Source: Spirochaetia bacterium (GTDB taxonomy: Bacteria > Spirochaetota > Spirochaetia > CAKZLE01). From it: 64,000 bases of DNA. The stretch is from NCBI GenBank assembly GCA_963677595.1, contig OY782041.1:2272001-2336000 (forward strand), in the 5' to 3' direction. A program made the translations under genes and the position numbers. Each line of letters begins with the position of its first letter. Positions within the stretch are counted from its first letter, which is position 1. The notes under the pieces were generated by a model that saw only the letters and a program-made list of their open reading frames with translations, was not told where the DNA came from and did not search any database. This document shows, piece after piece, positions 38,192-47,345 of the stretch.

Positions 38192-38302
38192 GCCAGATAT
38201 AAGCCCGACGCCTTACTGAACTCATAACAAATCTCACCATAAAGCGCTTTTCCATGATAGAATTAGTGAGAAAAGGCAGTACAAAAAGTAAAGTGAGATC
38301 TT

Positions 38303-41300
38303 ATGAAGTTACGGACGAAACTGAATACCTTCATCATCTCAATCACGCTTATCATCTCCATCATACTTGCCGTCTTCAGCTTCATACAGGCTAAGCAGAA
38401 CATCAACGGACTGATTGCAGAGAAACTTGCCTCAGAATCACGGAGCGATACCCACTATATAGAGTTCTTCTTCGACACCCTCTCTGCTGAGATGAAACTG
38501 CTCACCAGCCGGACGATCCTCAAGTCGGTCCTCCTTGAATATGAGTCTACAGGGGATGAACAGCTCCTTGGACAGATCAGGGAGAGTCTCACCCAGGCCA
38601 TGACAGCGTTGGGACGGGTGGAGGTGCTCTCGCTGACAACGTCAGATGGGGACCTCATCCTCTCTACCAGTGAAGACAGCCGGATGTATCCGGTGGCAGC
38701 TTCCCCCGATGATATCACAGAAGAGCAGATCCCCATCTCCTACCATACCATAGACAACAGGGCATACATGCAGGTACGGGCCCCCCTCATCGAGCAGGGG
38801 GAGGTGATCGCGCTGCTCTATGCCTATGTAGATCTCTCCGAGCTTGCTGATGTGCTGCTTGGTTTCAGCGAACTGGAACTCTCAACAGCCGATACGGTAT
38901 TCGTCCAGTACCAGGGGAATGGTGATGCCCTTTTCCTGACCCCGGTACGGTTCGACCCGGACAGCGCCCTGTCGCGTACCCTGCGCAGCGACCAGACCGA
39001 TGTATCGGTCATGCAGGCGAAGGCATATCCTGAGGGGAGGTTCATCGAGGCTGTCGACTACCGGGGCGTCCCAGTCTTCTCCTATGTGCGCTACCTCGCT
39101 CCCTATGACATGGGGCTCTCGGTAGAGCTCGATACGGCTGAGATCTACGATATGGTCCGGGACCAGATCCTGCTCCAAGCGATCATCATCCTGGCACTGC
39201 TCGTGGCTATGGTCATCCTCTCCACGGTCTTGACACGGAAGCTCCTCCAGCCGGTCCAGCATATCGGGGAGTCGATCCATCAGCTGACGAACGGCAACTT
39301 CATCGAGGTGGAGAAGGTGCCGGATGATGAACTCGGGGAACTCTCTGCGAGGTTCAACCAGATGCTCCGCATCCGGAAGACCTTAGGCGAGGAGATCGAG
39401 CAAGAACGGAACCGGTACCGGACCCTGCTGAACCTCTCCACGGAAGCTATCTTCATCCTGGACCCGGAAGACGGCAGGCTGCTCGAGTACAGTGCCCTGA
39501 CACAGGAGAACCTCGGCTATAGTGATGAGGAGATGAAGGACCTTACCGTCCTTGACTGGGATAAGGGACTGCAGGGAATTGAGGACTACCAGGCTATTAT
39601 GAAGGGTGTCGGGACTGACCAGCTCATGCTGGAACGGGTGCATACCAGGAAGGACGGATCGACCTACATCGCGGAGATCCTGCTCGTGCGGATCTCCTGG
39701 GACAGCCATGATTACATCTTCTCCTCGGTACGCGATATCACAGAGAAGAAGGCACGGTATGAGAAGCTTAACCGTTTGAACACCCTCCTTAACCAGGCTT
39801 CCGAGATCGGGAAGGTAGGTTTCTGGGAGTATGATATGGTCTCCCGGAAGTTCACTCCCAGTGACGGGCTCTTCCCCATCTTCGGCTTTGAGCAGGGCCA
39901 GGAGAACATCGGCAAAAAGCTCCTGCTCGCCTGCTACCCGGAGGAGGAACGCAAGCGGTTCCTTGCCGAGCAGAAGGCTGTGAGCCGCGAGCAGCGGGAG
40001 GGTATGATAGTCAGCAGGATCATCACCCCGGCGGGTGAACAGAAGACCCTAGAGCAGCGGGTACAGCCGGTGTTCGATGGGGATGGCAGGATCCTTCGGT
40101 TCATCGGCAGCGTCCGCGATATCACGGAGCTCAAGGAGAAGGAGGAGGCGCTCGAGGAGAGCCAGTTCCGGCTGCGGATCGCGATCGAGGGGAGCATGGA
40201 GGGTCTGTGGGACTGGAACCTTGAGAGCGATGAGGTCTTCTTCTCTCCTCAGTGGAAGGCGATGCTGGGCTTCACCGACGATGAGATCACGGGGTCGCTC
40301 GAAGAGTGGGAACGGCGCCTCAATCCCGAGGACCGGGAGCAGGTTTACCAGGACCTGCAGGAACACTTCGACGGCAAGACTACAGTCTACTCCAATGAGC
40401 ACCGGCTCCTCTGCAAGGACGGCAGCTATAAGTGGATCCTCGACCGCGGACTCGTGGTCAGGAGGGACGATGAGGGGAAGCCTCTCAGGATGATCGGGAT
40501 CCATCTCGATATCTCGGAACAGAAGGCAGCTGCGCTGCTGATCGAGCAGCAGAAGCAGGAACTCGAGACCGTACTGCAGACCTCCCTCGAGGGGATTGCC
40601 CTGTTGGACCCTGAGCTGCAGTTCATCTTCGTGAACAGGCGGTATGCCGACCTCTTCGGGATGGAGGAGCAGGAACTGCTCAGTCGGCATATCTACGACC
40701 TGGTTGGGCAATCCGATGCATCGGAGGTTAAGGAAGTGCTGAGCGGGGTCATGAAGACCGGCTCGCTTGAGAATTATGAGCGTTTCTTCATCACGAAAAG
40801 TGGGCTGGAGATACGCATCAATTCCTCTATCGCCCTGATGCCCGGGGAGCAGCAGCTCCTCGTCACGGCAGCTGACACTACCGAGCGATACTATACCATG
40901 GAGCATATCAAGGAGCAGGCTGTCACTGATGACCTCACCGGCCTGGCGAACCGGAAAGCTTACCACGAGTGGCTAACGAGCATGATCGCCCAGTTCCATC
41001 GGTATGACATCCCGTTCTCTTTCCTGATGCTCGACCTCGACCATTTCAAGTTAGTGAATGATACCTATGGCCATCAAACTGGCGATGAGATCCTCGTGCG
41101 TTTCAGCCGCATCATGACCGCGATCGTCAGGAAGACCGATCACCTCTTCCGGGTCGGGGGTGAGGAGTTCGTCGTGCTTCTCAACTACACGACTCTCGAC
41201 CAGGCGGTGATCTTCGCTGAGCGGGTGAGAGCGATCATAGAAGAGCGTCTTATCATAGAGGACGGAAGCTCCGTGACGGTCAGTATCGGTGCCGCAGAGA

Positions 41301-41404
41301 TACGTAAGGATGATGACCAGGAGAGCATCCTGAGGCGTGCAGACAGCCGTCTCTATCGTGCGAAACAGGCAGGACGCAACCGCGTCATGGCTGTGGGTTC
41401 TTGA
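38303..41404 (+). CDS. Membrane-bound diguanylate cyclase (Cache-like, HAMP, PAS, GGEEF), paralog of 18394
   Basis: DLDHFK.VND.YGH, RKTD I-site and GGEEF. Sensor motifs are shared with the 18394 gene. Confidence 0.93.
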   Translation: MKLRTKLNTFIISITLIISIILAVFSFIQAKQNINGLIAEKLASESRSDTHYIEFFFDTLSAEMKLLTSRTILKSVLLEYESTGDEQLLGQIRESLTQAMTALGRVEVLSLTTSDGDLILSTSEDSRMYPVAASPDDITEEQIPISYHTIDNRAYMQVRAPLIEQGEVIALLYAYVDLSELADVLLGFSELELSTADTVFVQYQGNGDALFLTPVRFDPDSALSRTLRSDQTDVSVMQAKAYPEGRFIEAVDYRGVPVFSYVRYLAPYDMGLSVELDTAEIYDMVRDQILLQAIIILALLVAMVILSTVLTRKLLQPVQHIGESIHQLTNGNFIEVEKVPDDELGELSARFNQMLRIRKTLGEEIEQERNRYRTLLNLSTEAIFILDPEDGRLLEYSALTQENLGYSDEEMKDLTVLDWDKGLQGIEDYQAIMKGVGTDQLMLERVHTRKDGSTYIAEILLVRISWDSHDYIFSSVRDITEKKARYEKLNRLNTLLNQASEIGKVGFWEYDMVSRKFTPSDGLFPIFGFEQGQENIGKKLLLACYPEEERKRFLAEQKAVSREQREGMIVSRIITPAGEQKTLEQRVQPVFDGDGRILRFIGSVRDITELKEKEEALEESQFRLRIAIEGSMEGLWDWNLESDEVFFSPQWKAMLGFTDDEITGSLEEWERRLNPEDREQVYQDLQEHFDGKTTVYSNEHRLLCKDGSYKWILDRGLVVRRDDEGKPLRMIGIHLDISEQKAAALLIEQQKQELETVLQTSLEGIALLDPELQFIFVNRRYADLFGMEEQELLSRHIYDLVGQSDASEVKEVLSGVMKTGSLENYERFFITKSGLEIRINSSIALMPGEQQLLVTAADTTERYYTMEHIKEQAVTDDLTGLANRKAYHEWLTSMIAQFHRYDIPFSFLMLDLDHFKLVNDTYGHQTGDEILVRFSRIMTAIVRKTDHLFRVGGEEFVVLLNYTTLDQAVIFAERVRAIIEERLIIEDGSSVTVSIGAAEIRKDDDQESILRRADSRLYRAKQAGRNRVMAVGS

Positions 41405-41446
41405 AACACGATACTAAACCTTTTACACTGACTCAGGAGTGAATGT

Positions 41447-42256
41447 ATGGAAACAGGAGAACACAGTAACAGGGCCAGGGTTGTATATTTCTCTCACGGA
41501 GGGGGACCGCTGCCCATCCTCTGGGACCCCGGCCACCAGGCGATGATCGATTTCATGAGGGATTTGCCATCGAAGCTGCCGTTACCCGATGCCATCCTCG
41601 TGATCAGTGCCCATTGGGAAGAGGGCCAGGCGACCCTGTTGGGAACCCCGTCCCCGCCCATGCTCTATGACTATTATGGCTTCCCTGAAGAAGCCTATGA
41701 CGTAGAATACCCGGCACCGGGGAGCCCAAAGCTTGCCGGGGATATTGCTGGACTGCTCAGAGAGGCAGGAATACCATCAGTGGTTGATACACAGCGTGGG
41801 TTAGACCACGGGGTGTTCATCCCCCTGATGATGATGTACCCGCAAGCCGATATCCCAGTCACACAGCTCTCCCTTGTCAGGGGCTTGGACCCTGAGGCCC
41901 ACCTTGCCCTGGGAAGGGCCTTGAAGCCGCTTCTAGATAAGAACATCCTGGTAATCGGGTCAGGCTTCTCCTTCCATAACCTTAGGGAGTTCTTCAGCCA
42001 TAGAGGAGGCAACGATGACAGGAACGACGCCTTCCAGGACTGGCTGAAGGAGACCTGTACAGCTGACCTGGCACCGGAAGAACGAGAAGGCCGGCTCCGT
42101 TCCTGGGAGGATGCTCCCCATGCACGGTACTGTCACCCGAGGGAGGAGCACCTGCTACCATTGCACGTCTGCTGCGGGATGACCGGCGGGGAAGCGGGAA
42201 CGGTCATCTTCGATGATACCATCATGGGGAAACGGGCTGTCGCACTGCTCTGGTAG
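41447..42256 (+). CDS. Class III extradiol ring-cleavage dioxygenase (LigB/YgiD/DODA family)
   Basis: SHGGGP, ISAHW, YDYYGFP, RGLDHG, GSGFSFHNL and HPREEHLLPL motifs. Confidence 0.92.
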   Translation: METGEHSNRARVVYFSHGGGPLPILWDPGHQAMIDFMRDLPSKLPLPDAILVISAHWEEGQATLLGTPSPPMLYDYYGFPEEAYDVEYPAPGSPKLAGDIAGLLREAGIPSVVDTQRGLDHGVFIPLMMMYPQADIPVTQLSLVRGLDPEAHLALGRALKPLLDKNILVIGSGFSFHNLREFFSHRGGNDDRNDAFQDWLKETCTADLAPEEREGRLRSWEDAPHARYCHPREEHLLPLHVCCGMTGGEAGTVIFDDTIMGKRAVALLW

Positions 42257-42360
42257 GTAATCCTGTTTTCTTCCCCTGGGACTGGTTCTGTCCCTTTACT
42301 CTATTCAGGTCCTTCAATTAGAATGGGGAAGCTCAAAAACACAACTGGAGGGAATCAAAT

Positions 42361-42945
42361 ATGGTCAATGTCACCGAAGTAACAGATAAGACAGGCGATC
42401 CCGGGCCATTGGGGCTCATGGGGTTCGGTATGACCACCGTACTGCTGAACCTGCATAACGCGGGGCTCTTCGGCCTGGGGTCTATGATCCTTGCCATGGG
42501 GATCTTCTACGGCGGTATCGCGCAGGTCATCGCCGGGGTCATGGAATGGAAGAAGGGGAACACCTTCGGGACGACAGCATTCGTCTCCTATGGGTTCTTC
42601 TGGCTCTCGCTCGTGGGGCTGAAGGTCATGCCTGCGATGGGGCTCGTTGCCGAACCGGCACTCGGGGCGATGGTAGCCTACCTGATCATGTGGGGGATAT
42701 TCACCGGCGTGCTCTTCATTGGTACGCTGAAGCTCCACAGGGCCCTGCAGGTGGTCTTCGCATCGCTCACGATCCTCTTCTTCCTGCTCGCCCTCGGCGA
42801 TATCACAGGGAGTGCCGTGATCAAGACCATCACCGGTATAGAGGGAGTCTTCTGCGGTCTCTCAGCCATGTATACCGGTCTGGGACAGGTCCTCAACGAG
42901 GTCTACGGGAAGGTCGTCTGGCCGCTCCACCCGAAAGAGAAATAG
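42361..42945 (+). CDS. satP: Acetate/succinate uptake transporter, GPR1/FUN34/YaaH family
   Basis: [25 protein letters not shown] and NTFG.TAF.SYG.FW motifs. Confidence 0.93.
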   Translation: MVNVTEVTDKTGDPGPLGLMGFGMTTVLLNLHNAGLFGLGSMILAMGIFYGGIAQVIAGVMEWKKGNTFGTTAFVSYGFFWLSLVGLKVMPAMGLVAEPALGAMVAYLIMWGIFTGVLFIGTLKLHRALQVVFASLTILFFLLALGDITGSAVIKTITGIEGVFCGLSAMYTGLGQVLNEVYGKVVWPLHPKEK

Positions 42946-42958
42946 GACTCTGCACCAT

Positions 42959-42984
42959 CATGTCCCCGGGATCCCGGGGACATG
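42959..42984. terminator. Perfect 26-bp palindrome between convergent genes (probable bidirectional terminator)
   Basis: CATGTCCCCGGGATCCCGGGGACATG is its own reverse complement. Confidence 0.65.
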
Positions 42985-42988
42985 CTCA

Positions 42989-44272
42989 TCAGAAACTGAA
43001 CGCCTCGAAGTAGATCTGCTTCTTGTGTACTCCCAATGAGGCGAGTGCATCGCAGACGATGGTGCGCACCCCGGGTGAGGAGCAGATGAAGTAGCTCGCG
43101 CCTGCCGGGTTCGCGATATGCTCATCAAAGAGATCCTTGTGGTAGAGGATCCCGTCCTCGCTGAAGATGAACAGCTTTATATCCAGGGGATCGATCTCCT
43201 CATGGAGCTGCTTAAGTTCCTCCTCGATCAGCAGTTCATCCCGCTGGTTGACTGCGAGGAATGCCGTGACCTGCCCCTTTGGGTGCCCATGCCCCATATC
43301 TCTCAGGAGACTGAGCAGGGGGACGATCCCGATCCCGGAACCGATGAGGACCGTGTCCCCTTTTGCGTAGTCGGGGATGAAATCCCCAAACCCGCCGTTG
43401 ATGCGGATCGTGGTTCCCTCCTCGATCTGGCCGACGCGCTTCGTATAGTCCCCTACCATCTTGATCCCGACCTGGATCTCCTCCTCGTGCGGGGTGGAGA
43501 GGAAGGAGAAGGGGTGCTCCTCTTCGAAGAACCGGTTACCCAGGATCCTGAGATACCCGAACTGCCCGGCACGGTATGCTATTCGGCCCTTCTGCAGGGG
43601 TACGAGGGTCAGCACGACGGTATCCCCGATGATCCGCTTCTTCGTCACCCGAAGCTTCGGCAGCAGCAGGCTGCGTATCCGTGCATAGATGACGATCGCC
43701 ATCACGGCAAGGGGGTAGTAGGAGGCATAGCCTGAGATGAAGGAGCTCGAACTGTACATGAGGTCCGCTTCACTCACATGGGTGTAGGTCATGATCCCGA
43801 AGAGGATGAAGAGGTAGCCGTGTACCCGCTTCATCAGGTCATAGGGGATCTTCCCGAAGAACGGGACCCTTGCCACCAGCACCTTGCGGAGCTTCCGGGA
43901 CAGCGGAGTCTCGATCCAGAGGATCGCGGCGAAGAGCAGGACGGTCCAGAGGGCCAGCAGGAGCCAGGTCGACAGGTCGATATACTTCCCTGAGATGATC
44001 TTGAAGGCTCCATGGAAATAGATCGTTACCGTAAGGATGACCCCTGAGATCGCATGGAACTTCACCATCCGGTCATAGGGGAAGAACCGCTGCAGCCTCG
44101 GGATCTTGACCGAGATCAGCAGGTGGTTGAACACCGCGTAGAAGGAGATGATTGAGCTGATATAGTTCAGGGCCTCCGGGAAGCTGATAAATGGCAACTC
44201 CCTGATATACCCCACCACCTGGGCTCCCGGGATAAGCAGGTAGAGAACGAGCAGGGTCGCGAGCTTCATCAT
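42989..44272 (-). CDS. Ferric-reductase-like transmembrane flavocytochrome (NOX/FRE-like)
   Basis: TM His pairs (FHAISG/FHG, VHG/THV), GQF, EEHPFS, GDYT, GSGIGIVP and terminal EAFSF. ATGA overlap with the upstream gene. Confidence 0.87.
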   Translation of the reverse strand: MMKLATLLVLYLLIPGAQVVGYIRELPFISFPEALNYISSIISFYAVFNHLLISVKIPRLQRFFPYDRMVKFHAISGVILTVTIYFHGAFKIISGKYIDLSTWLLLALWTVLLFAAILWIETPLSRKLRKVLVARVPFFGKIPYDLMKRVHGYLFILFGIMTYTHVSEADLMYSSSSFISGYASYYPLAVMAIVIYARIRSLLLPKLRVTKKRIIGDTVVLTLVPLQKGRIAYRAGQFGYLRILGNRFFEEEHPFSFLSTPHEEEIQVGIKMVGDYTKRVGQIEEGTTIRINGGFGDFIPDYAKGDTVLIGSGIGIVPLLSLLRDMGHGHPKGQVTAFLAVNQRDELLIEEELKQLHEEIDPLDIKLFIFSEDGILYHKDLFDEHIANPAGASYFICSSPGVRTIVCDALASLGVHKKQIYFEAFSF

Positions 44273-44745
44273 TTGGCCATATCCCCGATGAGCTCGAAGA
44301 GCTTGGCAGTCCACTGCTTGTGCATGGTGTCAGTCCTTCCTTCCTTGTAGTAGGATGCCGCAGAGACCGCATCAACCCCGAGCAGGGAGTCTGAAGCTGG
44401 GATGACCTCATAGAAGGTTTGTTTTCCCATCGAGTAGAGGTTAACGAGGATGTAGTTGCTCTTGTCCGCGACGGTGTTCAGGTAGGTGGTGATGCGGCTG
44501 TCGACCTGCCCCTGTGATGACCCCGTATTGAGGATGACCACCGGGTTCGTGGTGTCCTTCAGCTTCGCGAAGCCTGCTGCATAGGAGGGCTTCAGGGAGA
44601 GCTTGCTCTTCTTGATCTGCTTCCCAATATACTTGGTCGCCTCCATGTTGACCTCAGTCCGCCCGAAATAGACGATGCTGAAATTCTGAGCGAAGAGGTT
44701 CGCTCCCGCTATAATAAGTATCAAGATAAGTAGTATCCGTTTCAT
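44269..44745 (-). CDS. Exported hypothetical protein
   Basis: Signal peptide MKRILLILILIIAGANLFA with AGGAG RBS; translationally coupled to the reductase. Confidence 0.75.
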   Translation of the reverse strand: MKRILLILILIIAGANLFAQNFSIVYFGRTEVNMEATKYIGKQIKKSKLSLKPSYAAGFAKLKDTTNPVVILNTGSSQGQVDSRITTYLNTVADKSNYILVNLYSMGKQTFYEVIPASDSLLGVDAVSAASYYKEGRTDTMHKQWTAKLFELIGDMAK

Positions 44746-44766
44746 ACGATTGTTCTCCTTGGTTGG

Positions 44767-45243
44767 TCAGAGTAATTCGATGATGATCGACGCGGACATG
44801 AGCCCGGCACCGATTCCGCCGAGCCATGGGTGGGCATCGGAGTCCTCGCTCGCTGCAGCGACGATCATCAGTACACTGCCGGTGATGCCCATGGCAGCAT
44901 GGATGGTGTCTGCAGAGAGCCAGCCGTCGGATGACTCATCCGAGAAGATCCTGTCCCCGTAGTTCAGCAGTCCCACCCCGATGTTCACCGCAGAGGTGAC
45001 TGCAGCGGCTGTACCCAGGGCACCGTGGAGGTCATCCTCCACCAGGCCGGGGTTGAATACACAGGCCGCAAGCCCGAGGGCAGCCGAGGTGTAGCCCGCG
45101 ACCGTATGGGTGTCGGAGAGGATGGAGTACATCTCCGGGCCTTTGAGGTAGTCATTGATCTCTTCGAGGAGGTTTGCATCCCCGGCAGAGAGTGGGGCTG
45201 CTGCCAGCAGCAGGATGCATAACAGATAGATCACTCGTTTCAT
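44767..45243 (-). CDS. Small membrane protein with four His-led helices (cytochrome b561-like, putative)
   Basis: Signal peptide, then HTVAG, HGALG, HAAMG and HPWLG, each opening a hydrophobic segment. Confidence 0.55.
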   Translation of the reverse strand: MKRVIYLLCILLLAAAPLSAGDANLLEEINDYLKGPEMYSILSDTHTVAGYTSAALGLAACVFNPGLVEDDLHGALGTAAAVTSAVNIGVGLLNYGDRIFSDESSDGWLSADTIHAAMGITGSVLMIVAAASEDSDAHPWLGGIGAGLMSASIIIELL

Positions 45244-45413
45244 GTCGCCTTCCGTCCCTGCGTATCTCATGACGCAGTATGTTTGGTCTTACTTTTTCAT
45301 GTGATGGAGTAATCATAGCATTGTTGACAAGAATTGTCATCATTACAAGGTTGAATTAATTCAATAAATTATGAAATGTCGTTATGATGATCAAGGGGAA
45401 GAGGATGGACAGG

Positions 45414-45441
45414 GAGAAAGGGGAGAGAACTCCCCTTTCTC
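45414..45441 (-). terminator. Terminator hairpin after the ABC exporter operon
   Basis: 12-bp perfect stem GAGAAAGGGGAG-agaa-CTCCCCTTTCTC. Confidence 0.7.
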
Positions 45442-45452
45442 ACGTCTTGTCG

Positions 45453-47345
45453 TCAGATAGCCTCGCCGGCGAACTGGCTGTTGTAGAGGTCTGCGTAGAA
45501 GCCGTCAGCATCGAGCAGCTGGTGGTGGTTGCCCTGCTCGACGATGGAGCCCTCGTTCATGACGAGGATCGTGTCGGCATCCCGGATCGTGGAGAGCCGG
45601 TGGGCGATGATGAAGTTGGTCCTGCCCTTCATGAGGGCGGCCATGGCCTTCTGGATGATCAGCTCGGTACGCGTGTCGACGTTGCTCGTCGCCTCATCGA
45701 GGATGAGGATCGCCGGGTCAGCGAGGAATGCCCGGGCTATGGTGATCAGCTGCTTCTGGCCAGACGAGATGTTCGAGGCCTCCTCGTTGAGGATGGTGTC
45801 ATAGCCTTCAGGCAGGGTCCTGATGAAGTGGTCGGCATGGGCGGCCTTGGCCACTGCATGGATCTCCTCATCCGTCGCCCCATCACGGCCGTAGGCGATG
45901 TTCTCCCGGATCGTACCCTTGAAGAGCCAGCTGTCCTGCAGGACCATGCCGAAGTGGTTACGCAGCTCCCCGCGGCGAAGGCTGCGGGTATCGACCTCGT
46001 CGATCGAGATCGAGCCGGCCTGGATCTCATAGAAGCGCATCAGGAGGTTCACCAGGGTGGTCTTCCCAGCCCCGGTGGGACCTACGATGGCGATCGAGGC
46101 CCCGGGGGCGACGCTGATGTTGAGTCCCTCGATCAGCGGCTTGTCAGGCAGGTAGCTGAAGTCCACGTCCTTGAGCTCGATAGCTCCCTTGACTGATCCC
46201 AATTCCACAGGCTGCTCGGGGTCGGTGATCTCCTCCTCCTCGTCGAGGATCTCGAAGACACGCTCTGCCGCTGCTACGGTGGACTGGAGGAGGTTGGCGA
46301 TGGTAGCAGTCTGCTGGATCGGCTGGGTGAACTGGCGCGCATACTGGATGAATGCCTGGATGTCGCCGATCTCGATGAGCCTCTTCGTCACGAAGATGCC
46401 GCCGGCGACACTGATGATCACGTAGCCGAGGCTGCTGATAGCCGTCATCAGCGGCATGATGATGCTGGATACGAACTGGGCCTTCCAGCCCACCTCATAG
46501 AGTTCCTCGTTTTTCCCTTCGAAGAGCCTGATCGACTCCTTCTCATGGTTGAACGCCTTCACCTCACGATGCCCGGTGAACATCTCCTCGACATGCCCGT
46601 TGAGCTCCCCGATGATCTTCTGCTGCTTGGCGAAGTATAACTGAGACTTCTTGATGATGCTCTTGACCACGATGAAGCTCAAGGGGAGGGTGACGATCGT
46701 CACCAGCGTGAGGATCGGCGAGATGGTGAGCATCATGATGATGATCCCGATGAGGGTGACGAAGGCCGTGATCACCTGGGTCAGGCTCTGCTGGAGCGAT
46801 GTACTGATCAGGTCGATGTCATTGGTGATGCGGGAGAGTACGTCCCCATGGCTGTGCATGTCGAAGTACTTGAGCGGGAGCTTCGTAGTCTTCTCCTTCA
46901 CCTCCTTGCGCAGGTTGTAGACAGTCTTCTGGGCCACCCCGGCCATGAGGTACTGCATGAGGAAGTTGAACAGCGATGCCGCCCCGTAGAGGCCTGCCAG
47001 GATGATGAGGATCCTCAAGATATAGGGGAAATCGATGGCTGCCCCGGGCACCCCCTGCATCTTCATCATGAACCCCTCGAAGAGGCGGGTGATCGCCTTG
47101 CCGAGGATCTTCGGGCTGAGGATGTTGAATACCGTACTTGCTGCCGCGAAGATGAGGACGATGAACAGCCTCAGCCTGAAAGGTCTCAGGTAGGCGACAA
47201 GCTTCTTGAAGGTTCCCTTGAAGTCCTTGGGTTTCTCCACCGCCCTGGACATGGCTCCGTGCATGCCGCCGTGGCCGCCGCCCCGAGCCATTTGTCCGGG
47301 TCTCATCTGTTTCATGTCGGGTTGTCTGTTCTTCTCGCTGCTCAT
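45453..47345 (-). CDS. Heterodimeric multidrug ABC exporter subunit (TM288/YfiC-like)
   Basis: TMD plus GPTGAGKT, ISSGQKQ, LDEATS and AHRLST motifs. Confidence 0.93.
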   Translation of the reverse strand: MSSEKNRQPDMKQMRPGQMARGGGHGGMHGAMSRAVEKPKDFKGTFKKLVAYLRPFRLRLFIVLIFAAASTVFNILSPKILGKAITRLFEGFMMKMQGVPGAAIDFPYILRILIILAGLYGAASLFNFLMQYLMAGVAQKTVYNLRKEVKEKTTKLPLKYFDMHSHGDVLSRITNDIDLISTSLQQSLTQVITAFVTLIGIIIMMLTISPILTLVTIVTLPLSFIVVKSIIKKSQLYFAKQQKIIGELNGHVEEMFTGHREVKAFNHEKESIRLFEGKNEELYEVGWKAQFVSSIIMPLMTAISSLGYVIISVAGGIFVTKRLIEIGDIQAFIQYARQFTQPIQQTATIANLLQSTVAAAERVFEILDEEEEITDPEQPVELGSVKGAIELKDVDFSYLPDKPLIEGLNISVAPGASIAIVGPTGAGKTTLVNLLMRFYEIQAGSISIDEVDTRSLRRGELRNHFGMVLQDSWLFKGTIRENIAYGRDGATDEEIHAVAKAAHADHFIRTLPEGYDTILNEEASNISSGQKQLITIARAFLADPAILILDEATSNVDTRTELIIQKAMAALMKGRTNFIIAHRLSTIRDADTILVMNEGSIVEQGNHHQLLDADGFYADLYNSQFAGEAI

